From an uncultured virus (IMG/VR IMGVR_UViG_3300013306_000014) (taxonomy: Duplodnaviria; Heunggongvirae; Uroviricota; Caudoviricetes), in the IMG/VR virus record IMGVR_UViG_3300013306_000014: a DNA stretch of 60,882 nucleotides; one strand, written 5' to 3'. Under the pieces are notes generated by a model. That model did no database searches. It saw only the letters and a program-made list of their open reading frames with translations, and was not told where the DNA came from. The translations under genes were made by a program, and so were the position numbers. Within the stretch, counting starts at the first letter, position 1, and the number at the start of each line of letters is the position of its first letter. Below, piece by piece: positions 19,573-28,095 of this stretch.

Positions 19573-20904
19573 GTGAATATTTTCAAGGCGTTTGCCCAGA
19601 TCGGATCGTTGGTGGACAACACGCTTGGCGTGGTCTCACCGATTGGCGAGCTGGCTGACAGATCCAAGACAGCTGCCCGTGAAAAGACGTGGCATTCCTT
19701 CTCCGACTTTGGCGCTGAGACCCTCGTAGGGTTCTCCTACAAGGTCAACGATGTACCGACCGTAGTGTCGGATGAGATCGCCTTCTCGTGCTTGACTGCG
19801 ATCAACTGGATCTATACTCAGGCCAAGCTTGGGACCTTCACTGAAGAGAAGGATAGCTTTACTCAAGCCTTCATTCAGCACTTCGGTACTCAGTTCGATC
19901 TGATCGACTCCGGTATCCAGACGGCATTCGGTAACTACTTCTGCCCTGAATACATCAACATCGCACCATTGAATCAGTCGGCTACTACAAGCTGGCGGAT
20001 CTGGTTCGCTGATGAATCGTTCTACAACCAGTACGACGAGTTCACCATCCTGCCGGTTCCTCCGGTCGTGGCGCTCGATTCGTTCTTTGACGACTACGAC
20101 GCTGTACTGGAAATGGTTCAGGCGATTCAGCAGTCGGACATCTTCAACCGCATGAACCTGGCTAAGGGCGTCTTCCCTGAAACGGTAATGCGAAACGACG
20201 TGTTCGCCTGGACTGACCCAACCGATAAGACCAAGACCATCGACACCAACTGGGTGACTGTGATCTACGGTCCGGCTGGCGACAACCTCGACGCCGTCAA
20301 AGAAGCTATCCGGGATTACATCCTTGATAACAGCGAACACGACCGTGACGATTGGGCAACGATCTTCCCTGACCTTTTTACGTCGACTGAGTTCATCGCG
20401 ACTCCGCTCTACATGAACTGGGCTGTACCACAGGAAGTTCGTCAAACCGGCATCTGGGCCGGCATCGCTGGCGTACAGCAGTCGATGCAAATCTGCCACA
20501 AGACGTGCAAGGGTGTGAAGTACACCGATGCTCACATCGACAAGGTGTTGAACATTGTTCCTTCGCAATTCCGTTCCGTCATGCTGGCTGTCGTCGGTGG
20601 GCCTGAGAACCGCAACGATATCGATCAGTTCATCGAGCGTTATCCTGACTACATCAACGTGCCGACTACTCACGTAGACTTCATGCAGATGAAAGAGGAA
20701 ACTCGCCAGTTCTGCCTGATGCTCGCTGAGATGTTGATGCACGCTGAAGAGATGACGCGTGACTCCGGCGTTCCTACCGGCTTCAACCGTCTGATTCGTG
20801 ATGACGTGGTTTACATCGCCAAGAGCTTCAACAAGTTCCTGTATCTGGTGGTTACCAAGTACAGCGTCGATATCGCTCAAGCGACTATTCCAGTCACTCC
20901 ATGA
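19573..20904 (+). CDS. Virion structural protein (gp157-like)
   Basis: 443 aa; GAGGT RBS; synteny after RNase H. Confidence 0.7.
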   Translation: MNIFKAFAQIGSLVDNTLGVVSPIGELADRSKTAAREKTWHSFSDFGAETLVGFSYKVNDVPTVVSDEIAFSCLTAINWIYTQAKLGTFTEEKDSFTQAFIQHFGTQFDLIDSGIQTAFGNYFCPEYINIAPLNQSATTSWRIWFADESFYNQYDEFTILPVPPVVALDSFFDDYDAVLEMVQAIQQSDIFNRMNLAKGVFPETVMRNDVFAWTDPTDKTKTIDTNWVTVIYGPAGDNLDAVKEAIRDYILDNSEHDRDDWATIFPDLFTSTEFIATPLYMNWAVPQEVRQTGIWAGIAGVQQSMQICHKTCKGVKYTDAHIDKVLNIVPSQFRSVMLAVVGGPENRNDIDQFIERYPDYINVPTTHVDFMQMKEETRQFCLMLAEMLMHAEEMTRDSGVPTGFNRLIRDDVVYIAKSFNKFLYLVVTKYSVDIAQATIPVTP

Positions 20905-20915
20905 GGTATTGACGT

Positions 20916-21560
20916 ATGGCTAGAATCACTCCGCCATTGGGTTCGAGGGGTCTGTTTGTTTTACGGGCTCCCTTCAACGCCAAAGCAACGGTTGTCTACC
21001 GCGTTACCGGTGAGCGTTCTTTCGAGGACCTCATCACTCGCGGTGTAGATCCTCTAGCACTGGTGTACACGCCTGTTAACTTGGTTGATGCCAACTACCA
21101 GGCTGACGTCGCCGCAGGCGCTGCAATCATCACGCTGATGTCTGACAGTGAGAAACCAATCTACGTTCCGGATACGTACATCGAGTCGTATCCGAACATG
21201 GGCGTTGTTCCTCACAGTTGGATGGTGGCGACTGTTGATCTCGGCATCCTGCCGGATAGCTACGGTCTCACTCGTTTGACGCAAGCTGTAAAGCAAGCGG
21301 TGTCGGATTATATCGGTGTTGAGAGTACGGTGTCGGTTGCCACGATCCCAACTACCGATGCGGTGACTCAGGAACAAGCTGTGGCTTCTGCTGCTGCACG
21401 TTCTGCGGCTATCGCTATCCGTACTACCCCTTACGCTGAGAACCTCGTATTGCTGGCTCAGATAGAGGCTTATAAAACGGCCCAAGCAACATTTATCGAA
21501 ACCATCGAGAAGCTCAACGATCGCATTGCGGAACTGGAAGGTTCTGCTCCAGGCGGCTGA
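20916..21560 (+). CDS. Conserved hypothetical protein with C-terminal coiled coil
   Basis: 214 aa; GAGGT RBS; co-oriented with the preceding gene. Confidence 0.7.
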   Translation: MARITPPLGSRGLFVLRAPFNAKATVVYRVTGERSFEDLITRGVDPLALVYTPVNLVDANYQADVAAGAAIITLMSDSEKPIYVPDTYIESYPNMGVVPHSWMVATVDLGILPDSYGLTRLTQAVKQAVSDYIGVESTVSVATIPTTDAVTQEQAVASAAARSAAIAIRTTPYAENLVLLAQIEAYKTAQATFIETIEKLNDRIAELEGSAPGG

Positions 21561-21567
21561 TGACGAA

Positions 21568-21598
21568 CATAAGGCCCGGCTCAAGGCCGGGCTTTATG
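21568..21598. terminator. Bidirectional stem-loop
   Basis: CATAAGGCCCGGC-TCAAG-GCCGGGCTTTATG. Confidence 0.8.
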
Positions 21599-21602
21599 CT
21601 GT

Positions 21603-21863
21603 TTACATCTCTGGAGGAAATGCAGCCGGAGGCGGTGGGGTCTTCAAGCGGAGTTCTGCACATCCATCACCGGCGGTAAGATAGACGTGAACTACATCAT
21701 CCACTTGATACTTATTCCACAACGCTTCTTCAGTCTTGTAGGGAATGCGCAAGCGCATCCTGCCGTAACTGAGACGAATATGGATTTCGTTAATACCGAA
21801 ACCCGTTACCAACGCTTCGCCGACGTAACCTTCTGGATTGGTGTCCATGATTAATTCCTCCAT
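21603..21863 (-). CDS. Small hypothetical protein
   Basis: 86 aa; alternative start at 21848 with GGAGG RBS. Confidence 0.55.
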   Translation of the reverse strand: MEELIMDTNPEGYVGEALVTGFGINEIHIRLSYGRMRLRIPYKTEEALWNKYQVDDVVHVYLTAGDGCAELRLKTPPPPAAFPPEM

Positions 21864-21869
21864 GTTGGG

Positions 21870-22058
21870 TCAACTGAAAAGGAACTTCAGTGACGCCAGT
21901 TCTTTCGCAGCACCGAACGTGATAAGTGCAGTCAGCAAGAAACTACAGACCACAGTTACACACAATCGTGTCCACCACTTCGGAATGTCATTACTCAACT
22001 TGTAAAAGAAGATGGACAGACCGATAAATACAATCAGGAAGAAGATACCGAGTACCAT
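21870..22058 (-). CDS. Small two-TM membrane protein
   Basis: 62 aa, two hydrophobic segments; start overlaps the sbcC stop (TAATG). Confidence 0.6.
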   Translation of the reverse strand: MVLGIFFLIVFIGLSIFFYKLSNDIPKWWTRLCVTVVCSFLLTALITFGAAKELASLKFLFS

Positions 22059-24490
22059 TAGGCAAACTCCACATGTTCGTTGTAAGTGTGAGGGTAGTTG
22101 ATGTTACGGTCATCGAGGATAATCGTCTGCGAACTAGGGAACGCTGTCTGACCGATCAAAGCGTGGCTAATGATCAGAATCTGAGAGAACCGTGGATCGT
22201 CAGCCAATTCCTTAATCAACGGAAGTAACTTGTACTGGTGGGTCTCATCAAAGGAAGAACCCAACTCATCCAAGTATAGCGGGTAGTCAGTCAAGTTCAT
22301 GCAAGCGTAACCTGCCAGCCTGAAAGCCTGATCGACAATATCTTTGGACGAACCATTACCTTTACTAACGTCGCTGCGAGGAACCTTATCGACTCTGAGT
22401 GGGAACTTGTAATCAATCCCCTTCTCTTCGTCGACATTACTCGGTGAAACGGTGAGCGGGTATTCCCACACTCGTTGAATGATCTTGTTGACGACGTTGA
22501 TCACAGTGAGCATCTGGTGAGTGATCTGTTCCGCTAGCAGACCCTTCTTGGGGCACATTGCATCCACGAGCTTCTTCATTGCTGCTTGCTGAGTAGCCGC
22601 CGCAACCAGTTGGTTCTCGAGATCCTTTACCAGCGTCTCGTGAGCATCCTGTTCAGCCAAAGCGTTCTCATGAATACCAATAGACGTCTTGGTCTTCTTG
22701 ATGAGATCTTCGATCAGAAGATCGCCTTGGTTGTTGCAGTAACGAATCAGTTCAACACGAAGCGTCTCGTACAACTCTTCAGCGTGGTTGTAACGGCGTT
22801 CGTAATCTTGCATAGCCTTGCTCAGGCGTACCACGTTCGCTTTGTCATCACGAGCCATACTCACGTTAGCGAATGCGGCTTCGTACGCAGCCTTAGCCTT
22901 GTAGTAGTTCTCCATGACTGCGGACATCTCACCGCCTTCTTGGTTGAACCGACTGATGGCATCCATTACGATGTCAAGACGTTCTTGCGCTTTCTTACGC
23001 AGACCTGAGTTGTGGACATCCCGCTCATACGCAGCATACGCCGCTGAGAGACCACGACCGATCGAAGTCCAACCCTTCTGATCAAGGTACGAGAACAAGC
23101 CCGGATAACGACCCTGATACTTCTTCCTGAGGTCTTCCATATGCTCGTAAGAATTGGCGACCTCTTGGACTTCTTCAAGTTTACCCGACAACTCTTCCAG
23201 CTCAACGTCAAGACCCTTAGTCAGAGCCTCGCCTTTATTCAGGCGTGTTTCCAGCTCTTCAAGCGTACCGGGTTCAACACCGGGCTTAAACGAATGAGTG
23301 CAGCTTGGGCAGATAACCGATTCACATTTGTGGATGTGTTCGATCTGACGTTGGATGTCATCGAGTGCGCCGCCGAACTGGTTAGCCTTCATGCGCTTAT
23401 ACAGGATGACTTCGGAGATAGCCATCACATCACCCAGAGTCTTACGCTCAGGAGGAAGTCCAGCTGTACCCATCCGAAGATCGGTAATCGCATCAGCGGC
23501 TGGAATCAGCAAGCTCTCATGAATACCGGTAACCAATGCTGGTAAAGAGTTGAGGTCTTTGCGAAGCTGTTCGATCTCATCCTGCAAGAGGTTAGGATCT
23601 ACCTTCAACATCTGCTGGGCTTTAACCTTCAGAGTTTCCAGCTCAGACAAACGCTCACCGTGGACCTTCATCTCACCGGTGTACTGGTTGAAGATCATGT
23701 CGACCTCAGCCAGCGTAAAGTCCATATCCGCTTGACTGCGCATGTTGGCAATCTCAGGATACTCTTCCATCAGCAGGTTACAGATCTCCTGATCAGTTCT
23801 ACGGATGAGGTCTTGAAGCTCGAACTCATTCATAGCGCCAATGCCGGACTTAGGCTCACGCATCAACGTGTCCAGAGTCTCATGTAGCTCATCAGCTTTC
23901 TTACGCATCTCAGCGACATCGACTGGGTCCATCAGACGGGACTTAGCCTCAACCAAGTGATCGCTCACCCAGTCAACGATGTTATTCGCCTTACTCAACA
24001 TCCCACGCCATTCTTTATACTTGGCGAAGGCGTACGTGAAGTCAGCTGTAGCAAAGCGGCTGATCCACTGTTGACGCTGGAGTGCGTTCATTGTGGTGAA
24101 CTTAATCTCACCGGTCAGAAGCGCGTGGAGGTCACGAGTGTAGCCGATATGAATCTTGACCAGCTCGAGTTGAGCGGTGATGGTTCTGCCTTTGTTAAGG
24201 TTCTCACCACCGTCTACTATGAATGAATAAGAATTCTTATCCCCGTACCATGCCTCGCATTTGTACGTGTGACCTTTGTGGATAAACTTCGAGCACCAGT
24301 ATCCGTCCTTATCGAAATCATCAGGATCAGGAGGGAGTGGTGAGAAGCCAATGCTGATAAGACTTGACTTACCGCTACCGTTAGTACCCAAGATCATCTG
24401 AGTTTTAGTTTCAGGTTTGATCTTTACGGACTTCTTTCCGTTGAGTGCGGTACGGTTGCAGTTTACTAATTCGATGTACAGGAACTGCAT
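22058..24490 (-). CDS. sbcC: SbcC/Rad50-like SMC ATPase (phiKZ gp165-like)
   Basis: Walker A GTNGSGKSS, coiled coils with central CPSC zinc hook, Walker B/D-loop LYLDELGSSFD, H-loop IISH. Confidence 0.9.
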   Translation of the reverse strand: MQFLYIELVNCNRTALNGKKSVKIKPETKTQMILGTNGSGKSSLISIGFSPLPPDPDDFDKDGYWCSKFIHKGHTYKCEAWYGDKNSYSFIVDGGENLNKGRTITAQLELVKIHIGYTRDLHALLTGEIKFTTMNALQRQQWISRFATADFTYAFAKYKEWRGMLSKANNIVDWVSDHLVEAKSRLMDPVDVAEMRKKADELHETLDTLMREPKSGIGAMNEFELQDLIRRTDQEICNLLMEEYPEIANMRSQADMDFTLAEVDMIFNQYTGEMKVHGERLSELETLKVKAQQMLKVDPNLLQDEIEQLRKDLNSLPALVTGIHESLLIPAADAITDLRMGTAGLPPERKTLGDVMAISEVILYKRMKANQFGGALDDIQRQIEHIHKCESVICPSCTHSFKPGVEPGTLEELETRLNKGEALTKGLDVELEELSGKLEEVQEVANSYEHMEDLRKKYQGRYPGLFSYLDQKGWTSIGRGLSAAYAAYERDVHNSGLRKKAQERLDIVMDAISRFNQEGGEMSAVMENYYKAKAAYEAAFANVSMARDDKANVVRLSKAMQDYERRYNHAEELYETLRVELIRYCNNQGDLLIEDLIKKTKTSIGIHENALAEQDAHETLVKDLENQLVAAATQQAAMKKLVDAMCPKKGLLAEQITHQMLTVINVVNKIIQRVWEYPLTVSPSNVDEEKGIDYKFPLRVDKVPRSDVSKGNGSSKDIVDQAFRLAGYACMNLTDYPLYLDELGSSFDETHQYKLLPLIKELADDPRFSQILIISHALIGQTAFPSSQTIILDDRNINYPHTYNEHVEFA

Positions 24491-24563
24491 CGCGGATGCT
24501 CCGTGAGTAGTGCTATTGTATCATTAAGACGTTTAGTTAAATTTGATTTAAGAGGATCTCAGC

Positions 24564-25382
24564 ATGGAGGTATCCGTTTTCAGGACGGTCGGTATTGGTC
24601 GTATCGATACGAACAAAGAGCTGGGTAGCAAGACCGTTGATGTGGTCCCTATTGAATGGCTGCCAATGCGTGACGGTGAATTGACCGGGAACGAGACAGC
24701 AGAGACGTATCAGACCAAAGACATCGATGGTAACGCCGTGAGTGGCGGTATGATCTCCTCCAACAGCATCACAGCGACTTGGCTGCCTTCTGGCTCCAAC
24801 CGGTTGACTGCGCCCGATGTACGTCGTGGCGAGCGTGTGGAGATCCTGCAAACAGCGGACCACGATAAGTACTATTGGCGGACCATGGGTCTTGATGACA
24901 ACCTCAGAAAGCTTGAGACGATCATCTTCGGTATCAGTGCTACTCAAGACGAAGGCTCTACAGCTCTCGGCATTGACAACATGTACTGGTTCGAACTCTC
25001 ATCCCACAGTAAGATGTTCTCGTTCCGCAGCTGTCAGGCGAACGGTGAACCTTATCTGTACGAGATGTTCTTTGACTTTGCTGAAGGCACGTTCACTCTC
25101 AAGGACGACATCGGTAACTTCATGTTCCTCGCCAGTGCGCTGAACCTGATTCATCTTGAGAATGCAAAGGGGACATTCGTTAAGCTTGATCAGATGGACA
25201 TCAAGATGAATGCTCCTCAGGACATCAACGCCAAAGCGGCTCGTGATTTCATCGTTAATGCTGGCCGTAACATCAACATGAAAGCAGGCAAAGAAGCTGT
25301 GATCGACGGTGGTGGTTCTGTAATGACATTGAACGCCGGGTCGACCACCCTCAAAACTCCTAAGTTCGTAGGTACTACTTGA
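24564..25382 (+). CDS. Central baseplate spike protein (gp164/gpV-like)
   Basis: OB-like N-terminus (PDVRRGERV) and C-terminal short beta-helix repeats (DIKMNAPQDINAKAARDFIVNAGRNINMKAG); coupled to a PAAR gene. Confidence 0.75.
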   Translation: MEVSVFRTVGIGRIDTNKELGSKTVDVVPIEWLPMRDGELTGNETAETYQTKDIDGNAVSGGMISSNSITATWLPSGSNRLTAPDVRRGERVEILQTADHDKYYWRTMGLDDNLRKLETIIFGISATQDEGSTALGIDNMYWFELSSHSKMFSFRSCQANGEPYLYEMFFDFAEGTFTLKDDIGNFMFLASALNLIHLENAKGTFVKLDQMDIKMNAPQDINAKAARDFIVNAGRNINMKAGKEAVIDGGGSVMTLNAGSTTLKTPKFVGTT

Positions 25383-25648
25383 TGCTACCTATTTCACTCG
25401 TAGGCGAATCGCAAGCAGGTGGGGTTATTACCGGTCCAGGGAAGCCTACATGGACCGTTCTCGGCAAACCGATATCCTTGCTAGGGGATGACGTCGCAGG
25501 TCACGGTACGGGCTCTCACGCAGGACCTAAGATGATTGAAGGTTCCGCGTGGATGACTATCGATGGTATCCCAGTTGTCCGCACCGGTAACAAAGCCTCA
25601 TGTACTCACGAAGCAAACGGTAACCCGTGGATGACATTACCAACTTAA
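25382..25648 (+). CDS. PAAR-like spike tip protein
   Basis: PISLVG, PISLLGD and PVVRTG repeats with His/Cys ligands (GHGTGSH, CTH); TGATG coupling to the spike gene. Confidence 0.85.
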   Translation: MLPISLVGESQAGGVITGPGKPTWTVLGKPISLLGDDVAGHGTGSHAGPKMIEGSAWMTIDGIPVVRTGNKASCTHEANGNPWMTLPT

Positions 25649-25651
25649 CAG

Positions 25652-25684
25652 CATAGAGAGCCGGGGGAAGCCCCGGCTCTTATG
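25652..25684. terminator. Bidirectional stem-loop
   Basis: CATAG-AGAGCCGGGG-GAAG-CCCCGGCTCT-TATG. Confidence 0.8.
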
Positions 25685-25690
25685 TCACAT

Positions 25691-26002
25691 CTAGTTGAGA
25701 CAGGCGTTAGTATCAGCCACGTCCTTCAACAGTGAGTCCACGTCATCGATCAGAATGAACTTGTAATACTCGAGGTTCTTTTTGATCAAATTGATCTCAC
25801 AGTACCTTCGCTCCATGACGAGCTTACCGCCCTCCAGCTTCCATTTAGGAATCAATGAAACGTGTCGTAAGGTAGTCTCATCGATACTGAGGATGATTCG
25901 AAGTTCGCCTTGCGTTGGACCACCGACATTGAATGGAACGAAGACGGTGCCTTTACCTAAGCGGATGAGTTCTTCGAGTCCTACTAAGTTTTCTCTGAAC
26001 AT
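25691..26002 (-). CDS. Hypothetical protein
   Basis: 103 aa; GGGA RBS; follows the gp130-like gene. Confidence 0.55.
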   Translation of the reverse strand: MFRENLVGLEELIRLGKGTVFVPFNVGGPTQGELRIILSIDETTLRHVSLIPKWKLEGGKLVMERRYCEINLIKKNLEYYKFILIDDVDSLLKDVADTNACLN

Positions 26003-26010
26003 AGAGATCC

Positions 26011-27273
26011 CTAAACGGAAGGCTGACTCAGGAACTCAGTCCCCATTTCGAGCAGATACGCAGAAGCGTAATGTCCGAGGTTGGAAGATTTCCGAGCGCC
26101 GTTGAAGTACATGTCGTCGGCAGGCTTCTTCGTATCGTGCTGGAAGCTACGAATCAGGTTCTCGTAGATTGCGAGAGAGTACATACCTGACTCAGGCATC
26201 GCCACGTAAGCCGGAAGCAAACCGTTCTCGAGCTGCATTGGGAACTTCGGCAGTTCGTAGCTGTAGTAGCGGCCAGGCAACCCGGTACGTTCCAGAGCAT
26301 GACGCTCGAAGTAGAAGTTCTTCGCATCCAGCAGGATGATGAACGACTGCGGCAAGGACATGTACGCCGTGATGGACGCGTCGCTGTTCGCTTGATTCAA
26401 GTCCAACGCATCGCCGTGATCTTCGTTACGCACCATCGTGTCAAGGAATGGCTTCATGTTGATCAGTTTGTTGGAATTGTAGTAGCGGTGTTCCAGCGGG
26501 TATTTCCACCAGTCGAACTTAATCGAGTGATCACCGATGACGTTGTAGCATTCATTGGCAAAGTGGAGGTAACCACCAACAGACATCATTACGACTTTGT
26601 TCGTCAGATCAACGCCCGGCACATTAATGACGAATCCATTCTTCATCGGTTGCCCGGCGTAAGGTAGGACCATCTCAGGTTTGATCGGGATGCACGTCAG
26701 CTTACCGACGTTCTTGAAACTGATCAGACCCAGATCGTGACGCTTGGCAAACTGAGTCGAACGCCCACCTTCTTTGATCTTCCAACCACGAGTCGAGTAA
26801 TCGGTCAGGTGGAGTAGGCCATTGACTGTGGCAAGGCCATAGTCGAATAGCATCTTGTAATCGAAGCCAGACTTCGTTACCAGAATGTCGGTGAGTTCGC
26901 TATCAGGTAGTTGAGTACCTTCACCAGCGGTTGGGTGCTGGAGCTGGATCTTGTAGCCAGCCGCGAAGAGGTCGTTGTAGCCGCACGAAGCAGCTTCTAC
27001 CTTCATCAAGGTGTCTGACGTTGGCAGCGTTTCATCGCCTCTCGAGTGAAGCCACTGATCCACAGTAATGCCATCAGCAATGCGGTAGATGACATCTTCA
27101 ATCGTATCCAGATCCAAGCCGACCTGATGATTGATGGTCGGATGTGTCAGGATCAAATAGACCGTACTGTTCTCAGCCATCAGAGTACGAACTGCCGCAT
27201 CGCCTACCTGCGCTTCAGTCAATCTCTGATTATCGCCTCGTTGGCGAATGAGTGCTTTTACGCAGGTATACAT
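26011..27273 (-). CDS. Virion structural protein (gp130-like, baseplate region)
   Basis: ~420 aa; GAGGTG RBS; divergent from the fibre cluster. Confidence 0.65.
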   Translation of the reverse strand: MYTCVKALIRQRGDNQRLTEAQVGDAAVRTLMAENSTVYLILTHPTINHQVGLDLDTIEDVIYRIADGITVDQWLHSRGDETLPTSDTLMKVEAASCGYNDLFAAGYKIQLQHPTAGEGTQLPDSELTDILVTKSGFDYKMLFDYGLATVNGLLHLTDYSTRGWKIKEGGRSTQFAKRHDLGLISFKNVGKLTCIPIKPEMVLPYAGQPMKNGFVINVPGVDLTNKVVMMSVGGYLHFANECYNVIGDHSIKFDWWKYPLEHRYYNSNKLINMKPFLDTMVRNEDHGDALDLNQANSDASITAYMSLPQSFIILLDAKNFYFERHALERTGLPGRYYSYELPKFPMQLENGLLPAYVAMPESGMYSLAIYENLIRSFQHDTKKPADDMYFNGARKSSNLGHYASAYLLEMGTEFLSQPSV

Positions 27274-27296
27274 ATAAAACACCTCAAGTAAAAAAT

Positions 27297-27302
27297 CATA
27301 TG
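27297..27302. promoter_or_regulatory. Possible divergent late promoter core (CATATG gives TATG on both strands)
   Basis: AT-rich 80-bp gap between divergent virion genes; the phiKZ late promoter core is TATG. Confidence 0.35.
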
Positions 27303-27353
27303 TTCATTACCTCAATAAACCGTTGAGGCTCATATTTTAATGGGGACCAGTAA

Positions 27354-28079
27354 ATGGCTACCAATGACGTCACGCAATATCTTTACCCATTGGATGAAAC
27401 GGGCGCTGCTCTAACGAACAAGGTCATCAACGAGAAGCGCACACTACAGCCTCCACAAGAAGAATTGGAGTTCCACTTCATCCTTCCGTGGGCTGGTCCG
27501 TTCTTCCGTGACACCATGGTTCTCAAGCACACTCCTACTGGTCGGACCCTGATCCGTGGTACGGACTGGGCACCAGGTCACCGCTTTAATGCTGCAAGCT
27601 ACGAGTTGCAGAACAAGAAGGGCGGTGTGTACGCCAGTATCCTTCTCTTCGACCTGACTCTCTCCGGTGAGATCGTTCAGACCTACCAGACACTTGGTGG
27701 TAATTGGACTCTTCCTGAGAACAAGATCCTCGAGATCATGTCGAACAAGATTTCCGACCCGCGCTTTGTCACCTTCGACGAAGTTAGTGGTAAGCCGGAA
27801 GTCTATCCACCGACCGAACACAACCACCCGGCTGATGACTTGACCGGTATGGCTGAACTGATCACGTCGAACTACGACATCGCTGCTGCGATCCGTGAAC
27901 GTACCAACGATTGGTTGCAGAACCCGCCGATCCTCATGTCTGAGTTCTACACAGCAGACGAGATCGACGCACGTCTTGAAGCATTGGGCTTCGGTGTATC
28001 TGCTGATGACGTTGAGAACCTGGTTGTTTCGATGACCGACTCTTACAACACAGCAGCCGATCAACTGTCCCAAATTTAA
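27354..28079 (+). CDS. Baseplate/fibre-attachment protein, paralog 1
   Basis: N-terminal YPLD.TG...N.V..E, GPFF, YQTLGG, V.GKP..YPP..H.H; paralog of 32526-33167. Confidence 0.7.
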   Translation: MATNDVTQYLYPLDETGAALTNKVINEKRTLQPPQEELEFHFILPWAGPFFRDTMVLKHTPTGRTLIRGTDWAPGHRFNAASYELQNKKGGVYASILLFDLTLSGEIVQTYQTLGGNWTLPENKILEIMSNKISDPRFVTFDEVSGKPEVYPPTEHNHPADDLTGMAELITSNYDIAAAIRERTNDWLQNPPILMSEFYTADEIDARLEALGFGVSADDVENLVVSMTDSYNTAADQLSQI

Positions 28080-28095
28080 CTAAGGATGCCATCCC

